Source: an uncultured Oscillospiraceae bacterium | GTDB taxonomy: Bacteria; Bacillota; Clostridia; Oscillospirales; Oscillospiraceae | Direction of reading: 5' to 3' | Length of the DNA: 32,089 nt | Assembly (NCBI GenBank): GCA_964471315.1 | Contig: CAYYGF010000002.1 | Location: 1 to 32,089, forward strand | Shown here: in pieces, positions 8,421-16,246 of the stretch | Numbering within the stretch: position 1 is the first letter of the stretch | Layout of the letters: each line of letters begins with the position of its first letter | Translations under genes and position numbers: made by a program | Notes under the pieces: model-generated | What the model saw: the letters and a program-made list of their open reading frames with translations, nothing else | What the model was told of the DNA's origin: nothing | The model's database searches: none

Positions 8421-9464
8421 TTATTCCCCGAAGTAGGATTTGAGGTTGTAAGGAGACAAAATTCCCTTGTCGGTCACGATGCCGTCCACCAGCTTCGGCG
8501 GGGTGACATCAAAGGCGGGATAGTAGCCCTTCACCCCGGGCAGGGTGTGCTTGAGGCCCATGGACTCGGTAACCAGCGCCGGATCCCGCAGCTCGATCTC
8601 CACGGAGTCGATGCCGGGATGGGCAGGGTTGGGGGTGCCGGTGGCAAAATAGGGGATGCCCCAATACCGGGCCGCCAGGGCAATCTGGAAGGTGCCCACC
8701 TTATTGACCACATAGCCGTCCATGGTGATGACATCCGCGGCAGAGGTGAACACGTCCACCTTTTTCATCTTCATGGTATAGGCGGGCATATTGTCGGTGA
8801 TAACGGTGGTGTCAAAGCCCATGTCGCTGGCCACGGAGGCCGTCAGCCGGGCGCCCTGGTAATAGGGCCGGGTCTCCGGGCAGATCATCTTCACTTCGTT
8901 CCCCCGGCGGCGGCATTCCCGCAGCAGGGTTCCGATGATGGTTTCCGCAAAACACTGGGTCATCACCGTGCCGCCATCGGGGATCTGATCCGCCAGATGG
9001 ACGGCAATTTTGTCGTAACGGGTATAATTCTCATTCAGCCGGGCAATGGCATCCTGGCGCAGCTTCTCCGGCATATCCTCCCGGTTGGTGCCGGCGGCAA
9101 GCTCCCGGGTCACCACGCCCATGGCCCGCCGGGTCACACCCTTCATCCGTTCCATGGTGGTGGGACGGGCGTGGGACAGGGTATAGGCCGCCTTCTCCAA
9201 ATAGGGGAGGTATTCCGTTTCCGGCAGCTCCCGGGCCTCGTAGGCCGCCAGGGCCATGCCCATGGCCGCGGCGGTATAGGGGCCGCCGCTCTGGGTGACC
9301 ATATCCGCGATGGCCTGGGCCACCTCCTCATGGCGGCGGCAAATCACAGACTCGATCCGGATGGGGTAAATGCGTCTGTCCAAAATCTGAACGGCCCCGT
9401 CTTCATACCAAGCGATATTCTCATACCGCAGCAAAAACGCCAGGCCTTCGTCCGCTCGAAACAT
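8421..9464 (-). CDS. mtnA: S-methyl-5-thioribose-1-phosphate isomerase (eIF-2B alpha family), divergent clade
   Basis: LDRR, ARPT, TQC, ETRPYYQGARLTA, ITDN, ADVI..DG.VVNKVGT, PAFDVTP; directly downstream of mtnK. Confidence 0.85.
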   Translation of the reverse strand: MFRADEGLAFLLRYENIAWYEDGAVQILDRRIYPIRIESVICRRHEEVAQAIADMVTQSGGPYTAAAMGMALAAYEARELPETEYLPYLEKAAYTLSHARPTTMERMKGVTRRAMGVVTRELAAGTNREDMPEKLRQDAIARLNENYTRYDKIAVHLADQIPDGGTVMTQCFAETIIGTLLRECRRRGNEVKMICPETRPYYQGARLTASVASDMGFDTTVITDNMPAYTMKMKKVDVFTSAADVITMDGYVVNKVGTFQIALAARYWGIPYFATGTPNPAHPGIDSVEIELRDPALVTESMGLKHTLPGVKGYYPAFDVTPPKLVDGIVTDKGILSPYNLKSYFGE

Positions 9465-9479
9465 TCTATATCCCTCCTG

Positions 9480-10703
9480 TCAGATTTTCGCGGCCACGCC
9501 GCGCAGTACCTCGCCGTAGCACCGGCCCCGGGCAAAGCCCGTCTCCCGGTTCAGAATGAACGCCTTGGCCGCCAGGACACAGATGCGCTCCATCCGCAGC
9601 CGGGCGGAAGGCTCCTGGACACACTCCAGATCCTTGACCTTGGCGGAGCCTACCACCCGACGGATCAGCTCCGTACCGGCAAAGCCCGCGGTATCCTGCA
9701 AAATGTCATCCAGATACCATCGGGTGAACCCTTCTCCCCGGAACATGGGATCCTGGCAGCCTTTGTCCAGAATCGCCTCCGCCCTCTGGGTAAAGCCGTC
9801 CACGGACGCTTCCATGGTCTGCTCCACCCAGCGCTGGAAGGTCTCTTTTTCTTCCGGGTCGGTCATGGTGACCTCGGCATTGGCCCAGGCAAACACAAAG
9901 TGCGCCACAACGTTGCCCACGTCATAGCCCGCCGGGCCATAGAACGCGAACTCCGGATCCAGCACCATGGTGGAGCCGGGCTTGACAAAAATGGAGCCGC
10001 TGTGCAGGTCGCCATGGATCAGACTCTGGGCCTTGGTTTGGAACGCCATTTTCAGCTTTCCCGCCTCCAGGCACAGCGCCTCGTCTCCATACAGCTCCCG
10101 CCGCACGAATTCCTCGTTGCCCGGGAAAATCCGGTTGCGGCCCGCGGGGTTCCGGTAGGGATCCGTCAGCACCAGCCGCTCGGAAATGGCGCACATGGCC
10201 GGATTGATAAACTGGCCGGTGTAGCGTTTCTTCTGATCCGGCGTCAGCACCAGATCCGTGGTCCGGATCAGCGTCTGAGCCATAAAATCCGCCAGATCCT
10301 GCCCCAGGGTGGGGTAGGTCTTGTGGGCAATCAAGGCATAGCGCAGATTCTCGTGATCTCCGATGTCCTGCATCACCACGCAGCACATCACCGGATCATA
10401 CAGGTAAATCTCCGGCACATGGGCAGGGGACAGCTCCCGCTGGATGCCCAAAATCTCCGCCTCAATCCGGTTGCGGTCGGTGCTGGTCTGCTGACCGGAG
10501 GAACGAACCACCGTCTCCGCGTGCTTGACAATCAGGGATTTTTTCCCATCCTCGGATGCCACCCGGTAAACATAGTTGATGTTGCCGTCACCGATTTCCT
10601 TGCAGGTCAGCGTTTCCGGCCCAAAGAAATCCGGCAGCTTCTCCCGGACGTATTCTATGGTATCCTCCGGGGTCATGCTGAAGTTATGATCAAACTTTGC
10701 CAT
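9480..10703 (-). CDS. mtnK: S-methyl-5-thioribose kinase
   Basis: Start ATG 10703 (RBS AAGGAGG); EIGDGNINYVY, HGDLHSGS, DPEFAFYGP.GYDVG, ELIRR twin-Arg motif; 407 aa. Confidence 0.93.
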   Translation of the reverse strand: MAKFDHNFSMTPEDTIEYVREKLPDFFGPETLTCKEIGDGNINYVYRVASEDGKKSLIVKHAETVVRSSGQQTSTDRNRIEAEILGIQRELSPAHVPEIYLYDPVMCCVVMQDIGDHENLRYALIAHKTYPTLGQDLADFMAQTLIRTTDLVLTPDQKKRYTGQFINPAMCAISERLVLTDPYRNPAGRNRIFPGNEEFVRRELYGDEALCLEAGKLKMAFQTKAQSLIHGDLHSGSIFVKPGSTMVLDPEFAFYGPAGYDVGNVVAHFVFAWANAEVTMTDPEEKETFQRWVEQTMEASVDGFTQRAEAILDKGCQDPMFRGEGFTRWYLDDILQDTAGFAGTELIRRVVGSAKVKDLECVQEPSARLRMERICVLAAKAFILNRETGFARGRCYGEVLRGVAAKI

Positions 10704-10713
10704 AACGGCCTCC

Positions 10714-11694
10714 TTAATCGTCCTTGCTGGAAACGTACGCGGCAATCAGCGCCAGGGCCAGAACGCCGCCCTTGACTGCGTTCAGAGAATAATACGGCAC
10801 ACCGATCATGATGAGGCCGTTGTCCAGGATGCCTACCAGCGTGGCGCCTACCAGGGTGCCGATGGCGTTGGGCTTTCCCTGTCCGGCCACGCTTCTGCCG
10901 ATGAACACGGCGGCCAGCGCGTACATCTGGTAACCTTCCGCGCCCTGGATCTGGGCGGACTGGTTCCGGGAGCAGACCAGAACACCGGTCAGCGCGATGA
11001 AGAAAGCGGCGATCATGCCCGCGGCGAAGCGGTACTTTTTCACGGGAATACCGGAAAGCTTGGCAGCGGTTCTATTGCCGCCCACGGCGTATATGTAGCG
11101 GCCGTACTTGGTGTAGGAGAGGAACACGTGCACCAGCAGGACACACACCAGCATGATAATAATGATGGTGGGAGAAGAACCGATGGTCTTCATAATGCCA
11201 GGGATGGAGCCGACGGACTCCATGCCGTTGGGCCGCTTCATGCCGGCGGAGATCGCACCGCCGCCGGTGTAGGTCAAGCCGATGCCCTGCAGCACAAACA
11301 TCATGGCGCAGGTTGCCAGCAGGTCGGGAATCTTGCACTTGATGATGAGGAACATGGTGATGCATTGCAGCAGCATGGTCAGCACGATGGTGATGAGGGT
11401 CGCGGGCAGCAAATCCATGCCGTACCACAGCACAAAGCTCATCACAAAGTAACCGGACACCGACGCCAGGGCGCCGGCGGCCAGATCAAAGCCGCCCACA
11501 GCCAGGGTGACCGTCAGAGACATGGCCAGCACCGTATTGATGGAGATGGAACGCAGAATGGTTTCAAAGTTGCCGACGGACAAAAAGCCCGGCGCCAGCA
11601 CGGAAAACAGCACGATCAGAACAAATATGGCGATGACCGCCGCCCAGCTTGTGAGGAAGCTGATGGCACTGTGGGCACTTAATCTTTTATTCAT
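10714..11694 (-). CDS. Sugar ABC transporter permease (RbsC/CUT2 type)
   Basis: GGFDL, TKYGRYIYAVGGN..AA.LSGI, hydrophobic; ATG 11694 overlaps the ATPase stop. Confidence 0.92.
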   Translation of the reverse strand: MNKRLSAHSAISFLTSWAAVIAIFVLIVLFSVLAPGFLSVGNFETILRSISINTVLAMSLTVTLAVGGFDLAAGALASVSGYFVMSFVLWYGMDLLPATLITIVLTMLLQCITMFLIIKCKIPDLLATCAMMFVLQGIGLTYTGGGAISAGMKRPNGMESVGSIPGIMKTIGSSPTIIIIMLVCVLLVHVFLSYTKYGRYIYAVGGNRTAAKLSGIPVKKYRFAAGMIAAFFIALTGVLVCSRNQSAQIQGAEGYQMYALAAVFIGRSVAGQGKPNAIGTLVGATLVGILDNGLIMIGVPYYSLNAVKGGVLALALIAAYVSSKDD

Positions 11695-13207
11695 TTTCTT
11701 TTCCCCCTGTGGAATAGAACATAATTTCATCTTCGGTGGTATCGGCTGTCACAAGCTCCGCCGTTACACAGCCGCCGTACATCACATAGGTTCGGTCTGT
11801 AATGGCCATGATCTCGGAGGTTTCACTGGTTACATACAGCACGCATTTTCCCGCTGCCGCGATATCCTGGATCAGCTGGAAGATATCATGCTTGGCGCCT
11901 ACGTCCACGCCCTTGGTGGGCTCGTCAAAAATATAGACCTCGCAGTCCGCCGCCAGCCACTTGCCAACGGCCACCTTCTGCTGATTGCCGCCGGAGAGGA
12001 AGGCCACCAGCTGGGACGCAGTGGGTGTCTTGATGCCCAGGGACTGAATGTAATTCTGGGCATTTTGCAGCTGCTTCTTCCGGCTGATGAAGATGCCGTT
12101 GCTGTATTTGGGCAGATCCGCCGCCGCCAGGTTAAAGTAGACCGGCTCGTCCACCAGAACGCCTTCCTTCCGGCGCTCCTCCGGCACCAGGCCCAGCTTG
12201 TAGTGCACCGCGTCGGTGGGAGACTTGATTTTCAGCTCCTTGCCGTTGAGCACCACGTGGCCGCTTTTCTTTGTCCGGGCGCCGAAAATGGTTTTGCACA
12301 GCTCGCTTTTGCCCGCGCCAACCAGGCCGCTGACGCCTACGATTTCTCCCTGGCGGACGTTGATGCTGACGTTCTTCAGCATGCCTTCCTCGTCGCACAG
12401 GTTTTTGACTTCAAAGGCGACCTCCCCAATGTGTCCCTGCACCTTGGGGAAATACTCCTCAAAGGAGCGGCCCAGCATCTGATCCACAATGGACTTGATG
12501 GTGGTCTGGGGAGTAATGGGGTAATTGGCAACCAGCTCGCCGTTGCGCATGACGGTGATGGTGCGGCAGATCCGCAGCACCTCTTGAAGCCGGTGGGAAA
12601 TAAAGATCACCGCGATGTTCTCGGTCTTGGTCAGATGCTCCACCAGGTCGAACAGTTTCTCTGTCTCCGCGGTGCTCAAAGGCGCCGTGGGCTCGTCCAA
12701 TATTAGGAAATTACAGGCGCCCTGCACCGCCCGGGCAATCAGCACCAGCTGCTTCTGCGCCAGGGACAGTTCACTGACCTGTAAGTTTTCGTCGATATCA
12801 ATATGCAGTCTTTTCAGTGTTTCTCTGGCCGCGGTGCGGATGTGCTTCCAGTTCACGGCCACCTTCCGTTCCATACCGGTGATCAGCTCGTTCATCATAA
12901 TGTTCTCGGCCACGGTCTGAGCGGGGAACAGGGCCATGTCCACTTCCTGATAAACGATCTCGATGCCCAGCTTCTTTGCGACGCTGGGGTTGCGCAGCTC
13001 CACCACGTTCCCGTTCAGCAGAACCTGCCCGGTGTAGCCGGGGTTCGCGCCTGCCAGAACCTTCATCAGCGTGGATTTACCCGCGCCGTTGGCGCCCACC
13101 ACTGCCCGCACATCTCCCGTTTCAATGGAGAAATTGATGTCCGAGAGCGCTTTCACACCGGGAAACTCTATGGATACGTTCCGGGTTTCAATTCTGATTT
13201 TTTCCAT
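11687..13207 (-). CDS. Sugar ABC transporter ATP-binding protein (two ABC domains, RbsA type)
   Basis: GANGAGKSTL, LILDEPT, ISHRL, LSGGNQQK, FDEPTKGVDVGAK; 506 aa. Confidence 0.95.
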   Translation of the reverse strand: MEKIRIETRNVSIEFPGVKALSDINFSIETGDVRAVVGANGAGKSTLMKVLAGANPGYTGQVLLNGNVVELRNPSVAKKLGIEIVYQEVDMALFPAQTVAENIMMNELITGMERKVAVNWKHIRTAARETLKRLHIDIDENLQVSELSLAQKQLVLIARAVQGACNFLILDEPTAPLSTAETEKLFDLVEHLTKTENIAVIFISHRLQEVLRICRTITVMRNGELVANYPITPQTTIKSIVDQMLGRSFEEYFPKVQGHIGEVAFEVKNLCDEEGMLKNVSINVRQGEIVGVSGLVGAGKSELCKTIFGARTKKSGHVVLNGKELKIKSPTDAVHYKLGLVPEERRKEGVLVDEPVYFNLAAADLPKYSNGIFISRKKQLQNAQNYIQSLGIKTPTASQLVAFLSGGNQQKVAVGKWLAADCEVYIFDEPTKGVDVGAKHDIFQLIQDIAAAGKCVLYVTSETSEIMAITDRTYVMYGGCVTAELVTADTTEDEIMFYSTGGKENE

Positions 13208-13388
13208 GGATTCCCTTCCTTTTCATACGATGCTCCAAGAAACCCAAAGGGTCTTCTCATATAAACGCCGCCATAGGGCGTTGTCGTTTCCGTGATTTTC
13301 GGGGTGGAAAATCGCGGAGATTTGCTTATTCGGTTTTTCCCATTCCAAACAGCCGCCTCTATAAAAAGGCGCGCAGGTCAAACAGATG

Positions 13389-13435
13389 GAAAAAGAGGCT
13401 GGGGCTGCGGTTTCGCGCCCCAGCGCTCCTTTTTC
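13389..13435 (-). terminator. Terminator-like hairpin after the solute-binding protein gene
   Basis: GCTGGGGC...GCCCCAGC stem flanked by A and T tracts, 4 nt after the SBP stop. Confidence 0.7.
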
Positions 13436-13439
13436 AAAA

Positions 13440-14579
13440 TTAGCCGACGAGATACGGCTTCATCCAGTCAGTGATGTGGTCGTTATTGACGCCATAGCCT
13501 TCGATGGTATCGCCCAGGTTCGTCACGTTGGAGTCCGGGGTCAGCTTGTCATAGGTCACGATGGAGGGAGTCAGATTGTAGACATCCTCAGTGGTATCGC
13601 CCATGAGCTTCATGGCCAGAATGCGGATGCCCTGCTGGCCGATGGTGGTGAAGTCAACGGTGGCGCAGGCCTGCCAGACATTGGTGCCGTCCAGCATGTA
13701 GTTGATATCCTGGTTGGAAATATCCACGGAAACCATGGGGATATCGGTACGGCCAGCCTCGCTCAGAGCCACATAAGCGCCACGGCCATAGGCGTCGTAG
13801 CAGCACCAGATGGCGTCCACTTCGCCGGGCTTATACTTGGGCAGGGTAGCGGACATAACGTCGGTCATGGAGGATTCGCCGTTCTTGGGGTCAGAGGGAG
13901 CCAGAACCTCGATGGTCTCGATGACACCCTTCTCCTCGTACTGCAGGTAAGCCTCCTGGCGGCGGTCAAAGGGAGAGATGCCGGGGCCGCGCCAAATCTT
14001 CAGAATCTTCACAGGCTCGCCGGCATCCACCTTCTCGGGGTACAGGCCCAGGATGTAGTCCAGCAGCATGGCGGCCATGCCCTGGTCGTCCTGGAACATC
14101 TGGGTCGCGCCGGGGATGGAGGTCTTGTTGCCGGAGGCGTCCACAAACTGGGTGTCGAAGCAGACAACCTGGATGCCCTTGCCCACCAGATCGGTCACCA
14201 GGTCAAAGGAAGTCTCCTGGTTGCCGTGGGACAGGAACATGGCATCGTAGCCCTGGTTGGCACAGGTGGAAACGGTATCCTGGAAACGGACGTTGTCGGT
14301 GTCGGTGAAGTAGACATCGCACTCCGCGCCCAGAGCGGAAGCGGTTTCCTTGGCGGCGTTGGCAGCCATCTGGAAAATGTCAGTGGAAACAACATTGAGG
14401 ATGTAGGCAATTCTCTTGCCCTCCAGTGGGAGCTTCTCCGCCGGGGCGGCAGCGGTTCCCTCCGTAGCCGCCGGGGCGGCATCCTTTGCGGTGGTTTCCT
14501 TGGTTTCTTGGGTCTTGGCGCAGGCACACAGGCTTACAGCGAGAGCAAGCACCAAAACGAGGGCGAGCAGCTTCTTCAT
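13440..14579 (-). CDS. Sugar ABC transporter substrate-binding lipoprotein (probable methylthioribose/5-deoxyribose binding)
   Basis: MKK + hydrophobic + LCAC lipobox, Thr/Ala/Glu linker, type I periplasmic binding-protein pattern (V.FD, D...M, R, VSVD); RBS AGGAGG; substrate inferred from the operon. Confidence 0.85.
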   Translation of the reverse strand: MKKLLALVLVLALAVSLCACAKTQETKETTAKDAAPAATEGTAAAPAEKLPLEGKRIAYILNVVSTDIFQMAANAAKETASALGAECDVYFTDTDNVRFQDTVSTCANQGYDAMFLSHGNQETSFDLVTDLVGKGIQVVCFDTQFVDASGNKTSIPGATQMFQDDQGMAAMLLDYILGLYPEKVDAGEPVKILKIWRGPGISPFDRRQEAYLQYEEKGVIETIEVLAPSDPKNGESSMTDVMSATLPKYKPGEVDAIWCCYDAYGRGAYVALSEAGRTDIPMVSVDISNQDINYMLDGTNVWQACATVDFTTIGQQGIRILAMKLMGDTTEDVYNLTPSIVTYDKLTPDSNVTNLGDTIEGYGVNNDHITDWMKPYLVG

Positions 14580-14635
14580 GTTTTTTCCTCCTATTTGATA
14601 TGGTTGTCCAAAAGCCTTTCGCTTTCGACAAGTTT

Positions 14636-14664
14636 AGTGTACTCTCAAATTTGGGATTTTGCAA
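14636..14664 (-). promoter_or_regulatory. SigA-type promoter of the ABC-mtnK-mtnA operon
   Basis: TTGCAA-N17-TACACT on the minus strand, -10 about 56 nt upstream of ATG. Confidence 0.7.
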
Positions 14665-14875
14665 GCATTTTTTGGTATTATGTTGTTTTTTGTTGGATCG
14701 TTCAATTTTGCACCCTGGAATTTAGCATATATTACCAAACGATTCCCGATAAATCGTCAGTATTACCAGCGATATTCCAGTTAACCCTTTGAATTCAACA
14801 CAACTTAATCAAAATACCAACAAAGCAGGTATATATTTCCCCAACAGCGGGCATCATCCCCCAGCAAAGGCATAC

Positions 14876-14908
14876 AAAAAGGCACACGCAGCCGCCTGCG
14901 TGTGCCTT
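14876..14908 (-). terminator. Intrinsic terminator after DUF421/DUF4363 operon
   Basis: GGCACACGCAG-4nt-CTGCGTGTGCC stem with T5 on the minus strand. Confidence 0.8.
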
Positions 14909-14920
14909 ATGCATTCCTTC

Positions 14921-15301
14921 CTACAGCACGTTCCACCAGTTCAAGCCGTGGGCCTGCCCCATGGCCTCCACCCTTCGGGCGGTCTGGGCGCAGGCGGCGG
15001 CAAAATCCGCCGGCTCCCCCGCCTGGCTGTAGGCCTTCACCTGGGCAAACCCCCCGTCGATTTCCTCCATGGGGGTGTGATCGGCAAAGCAGCCCCGGAA
15101 ATGGGCCCATTTTTCCCACCGGGCTTCGGCATCCTCCGCCAGGGTCTCCGCCCGGTGCCACTGCCCTGCCAGGGCGCAGGTTCCCGCCAGCTCCAGCTCC
15201 CGGGCAATGGGTTCGTGGATCCGATCCATCGTCCAGGTCACCAGCAGCGCCCCCGCCAGCAGCGCCAGCAGCAGCGCCAAGCCAAACCAGCTGCGCTTCA
15301 T
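14921..15301 (-). CDS. DUF4363-family small membrane-anchored protein
   Basis: MKRSWFGLALLL... N-terminal TM, W..A, W.K, DH..MEEID, E....NVL; ATGA overlap with the DUF421 gene, a usual pairing in Clostridia. Confidence 0.72.
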   Translation of the reverse strand: MKRSWFGLALLLALLAGALLVTWTMDRIHEPIARELELAGTCALAGQWHRAETLAEDAEARWEKWAHFRGCFADHTPMEEIDGGFAQVKAYSQAGEPADFAAACAQTARRVEAMGQAHGLNWWNVL

Positions 15302-15975
15302 CGGCGATACTCCTTCCCAAGCCAGAACACCTTGTCCGACCCGTCCACCGTCAGCAGCAGGGTATCCCGGATCCCGGCGGCGTGGTTCCGCAGAATCCCG
15401 CTGAGCCAATTCTCGTCCTTGCCCGCTCTGGCCAGATTCTCCCGGGACAGGTAGCCATCCTCGATAATGGTCACGGGAAGCAGCTGCCCCTTGACCTCCA
15501 CTCCCGCGTCCTTGGCGCTGGCCGGGCGCTCCTTGGGGTAGGGAAACACGGTGACGGAGCCATCCGTTTCCAAAATAGCGTACTGCACCGTCCGAATGTC
15601 CAGCACGTCCTTCTCCCGCAGATGTCCCGTCAGCTCATCCAGCGTCACCCGGGTACGGCGCAGGTTCTGCTGCACCAGCTTGCCGTTGTCAATGAGAATC
15701 ACCGGCTTGCCGCACAGAAACCGCCGGAACCGAACGCTGTGGAGAATCAGCCCCGACAGCACCAGCTCCATCCCCAGCACCGTTAAAATCGGCACCAGCC
15801 CGGAATACAGCGGAATGGCCCCGTCCTGCATCGGGATCGCCGCCAGATTCGCCACCAGCATGGTCACCACGAACTCCGCCGGCTCCATCTCTCCAATCTG
15901 TCGCTTTCCCATCATCCGGATGGCAAAAATCAGCACCAAATACAACAAAATGGTGCGAAGATAGGATAAAATCAA
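15298..15975 (-). CDS. DUF421 / YetF-family membrane protein
   Basis: RMMGKRQIGEM, GKP.ILI.NGK, LREKD, YAILETDGSVTV; TTG start with GGAGGTG RBS. Confidence 0.9.
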   Translation of the reverse strand: MILSYLRTILLYLVLIFAIRMMGKRQIGEMEPAEFVVTMLVANLAAIPMQDGAIPLYSGLVPILTVLGMELVLSGLILHSVRFRRFLCGKPVILIDNGKLVQQNLRRTRVTLDELTGHLREKDVLDIRTVQYAILETDGSVTVFPYPKERPASAKDAGVEVKGQLLPVTIIEDGYLSRENLARAGKDENWLSGILRNHAAGIRDTLLLTVDGSDKVFWLGKEYRR

Positions 15976-15992
15976 AAAATCACCTCCTGGGG

Positions 15993-16020
15993 ATTTTACC
16001 CAGGAGGCGGCATTTTATGC
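15993..16020 (-). promoter_or_regulatory. Candidate forespore (SigF/SigG-type) promoter of the DUF421 gene
   Basis: GCATA-N14-GGGTAAAAT resembles the SigF consensus GYATA...GGnnAnAHT; YetF-family genes are forespore-expressed in Bacillus. Confidence 0.45.
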
Positions 16021-16082
16021 GGCAGGCGGGCAACGGCGGACAGTTGTCCCGGATTTGTTTACATAAATCTGTCCGTTGCTTC

Positions 16083-16161
16083 TTATCCACAGGGCTGTAC
16101 AGAAGTTTTCCACAATCTCCACAGGTTTTTCCACAGGCTTTGTCGAAAAAAACGTTGATAA
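16083..16161. promoter_or_regulatory. Cluster of DnaA-box-like 9-mers
   Basis: TTATCCACA 16083-91 (perfect); TTTTCCACA 16106-14 and 16127-35; ATCTCCACA 16115-23; reverse-strand two-mismatch boxes at 16141-49 and 16153-61. Confidence 0.7.
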
Positions 16162-16185
16162 CTGCCCCATTCTGACGGATAGAAG

Positions 16186-16222
16186 GGAAAAATTCCACAG
16201 CCTGTCGAAAGCTGTGGAATTT
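16186..16222 (-). terminator. Probable uppP terminator
   Basis: AAATTCCACAGC-N9-GCTGTGGAATTT 12-bp inverted repeat with a T-rich tail on the minus strand. Confidence 0.55.
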
Positions 16223-16246
16223 CTTCGATTGACATAATGCTGTTTT

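Noticed and set aside
8547-10775. 742-aa plus-strand ORF, and similar long ORFs at 3687-4565, 11507-12706, 13386-14792, 19454-20761 and 22649-23842
   Set aside because: Antisense shadows of well-supported genes in GC-rich DNA; no recognisable motifs
14624-14630. Isolated Spo0A boxes at the ABC promoter start site and at 28713-28719
   Set aside because: A 7-mer is expected about 4 times by chance on two strands of 32 kb at uniform composition; single hits are uninformative
16030-16246. Chromosomal oriC
   Set aside because: No dnaA/dnaN/rpmH neighbours and no clear DnaA-trio run or AT-rich unwinding element; kept only as a DnaA-box cluster
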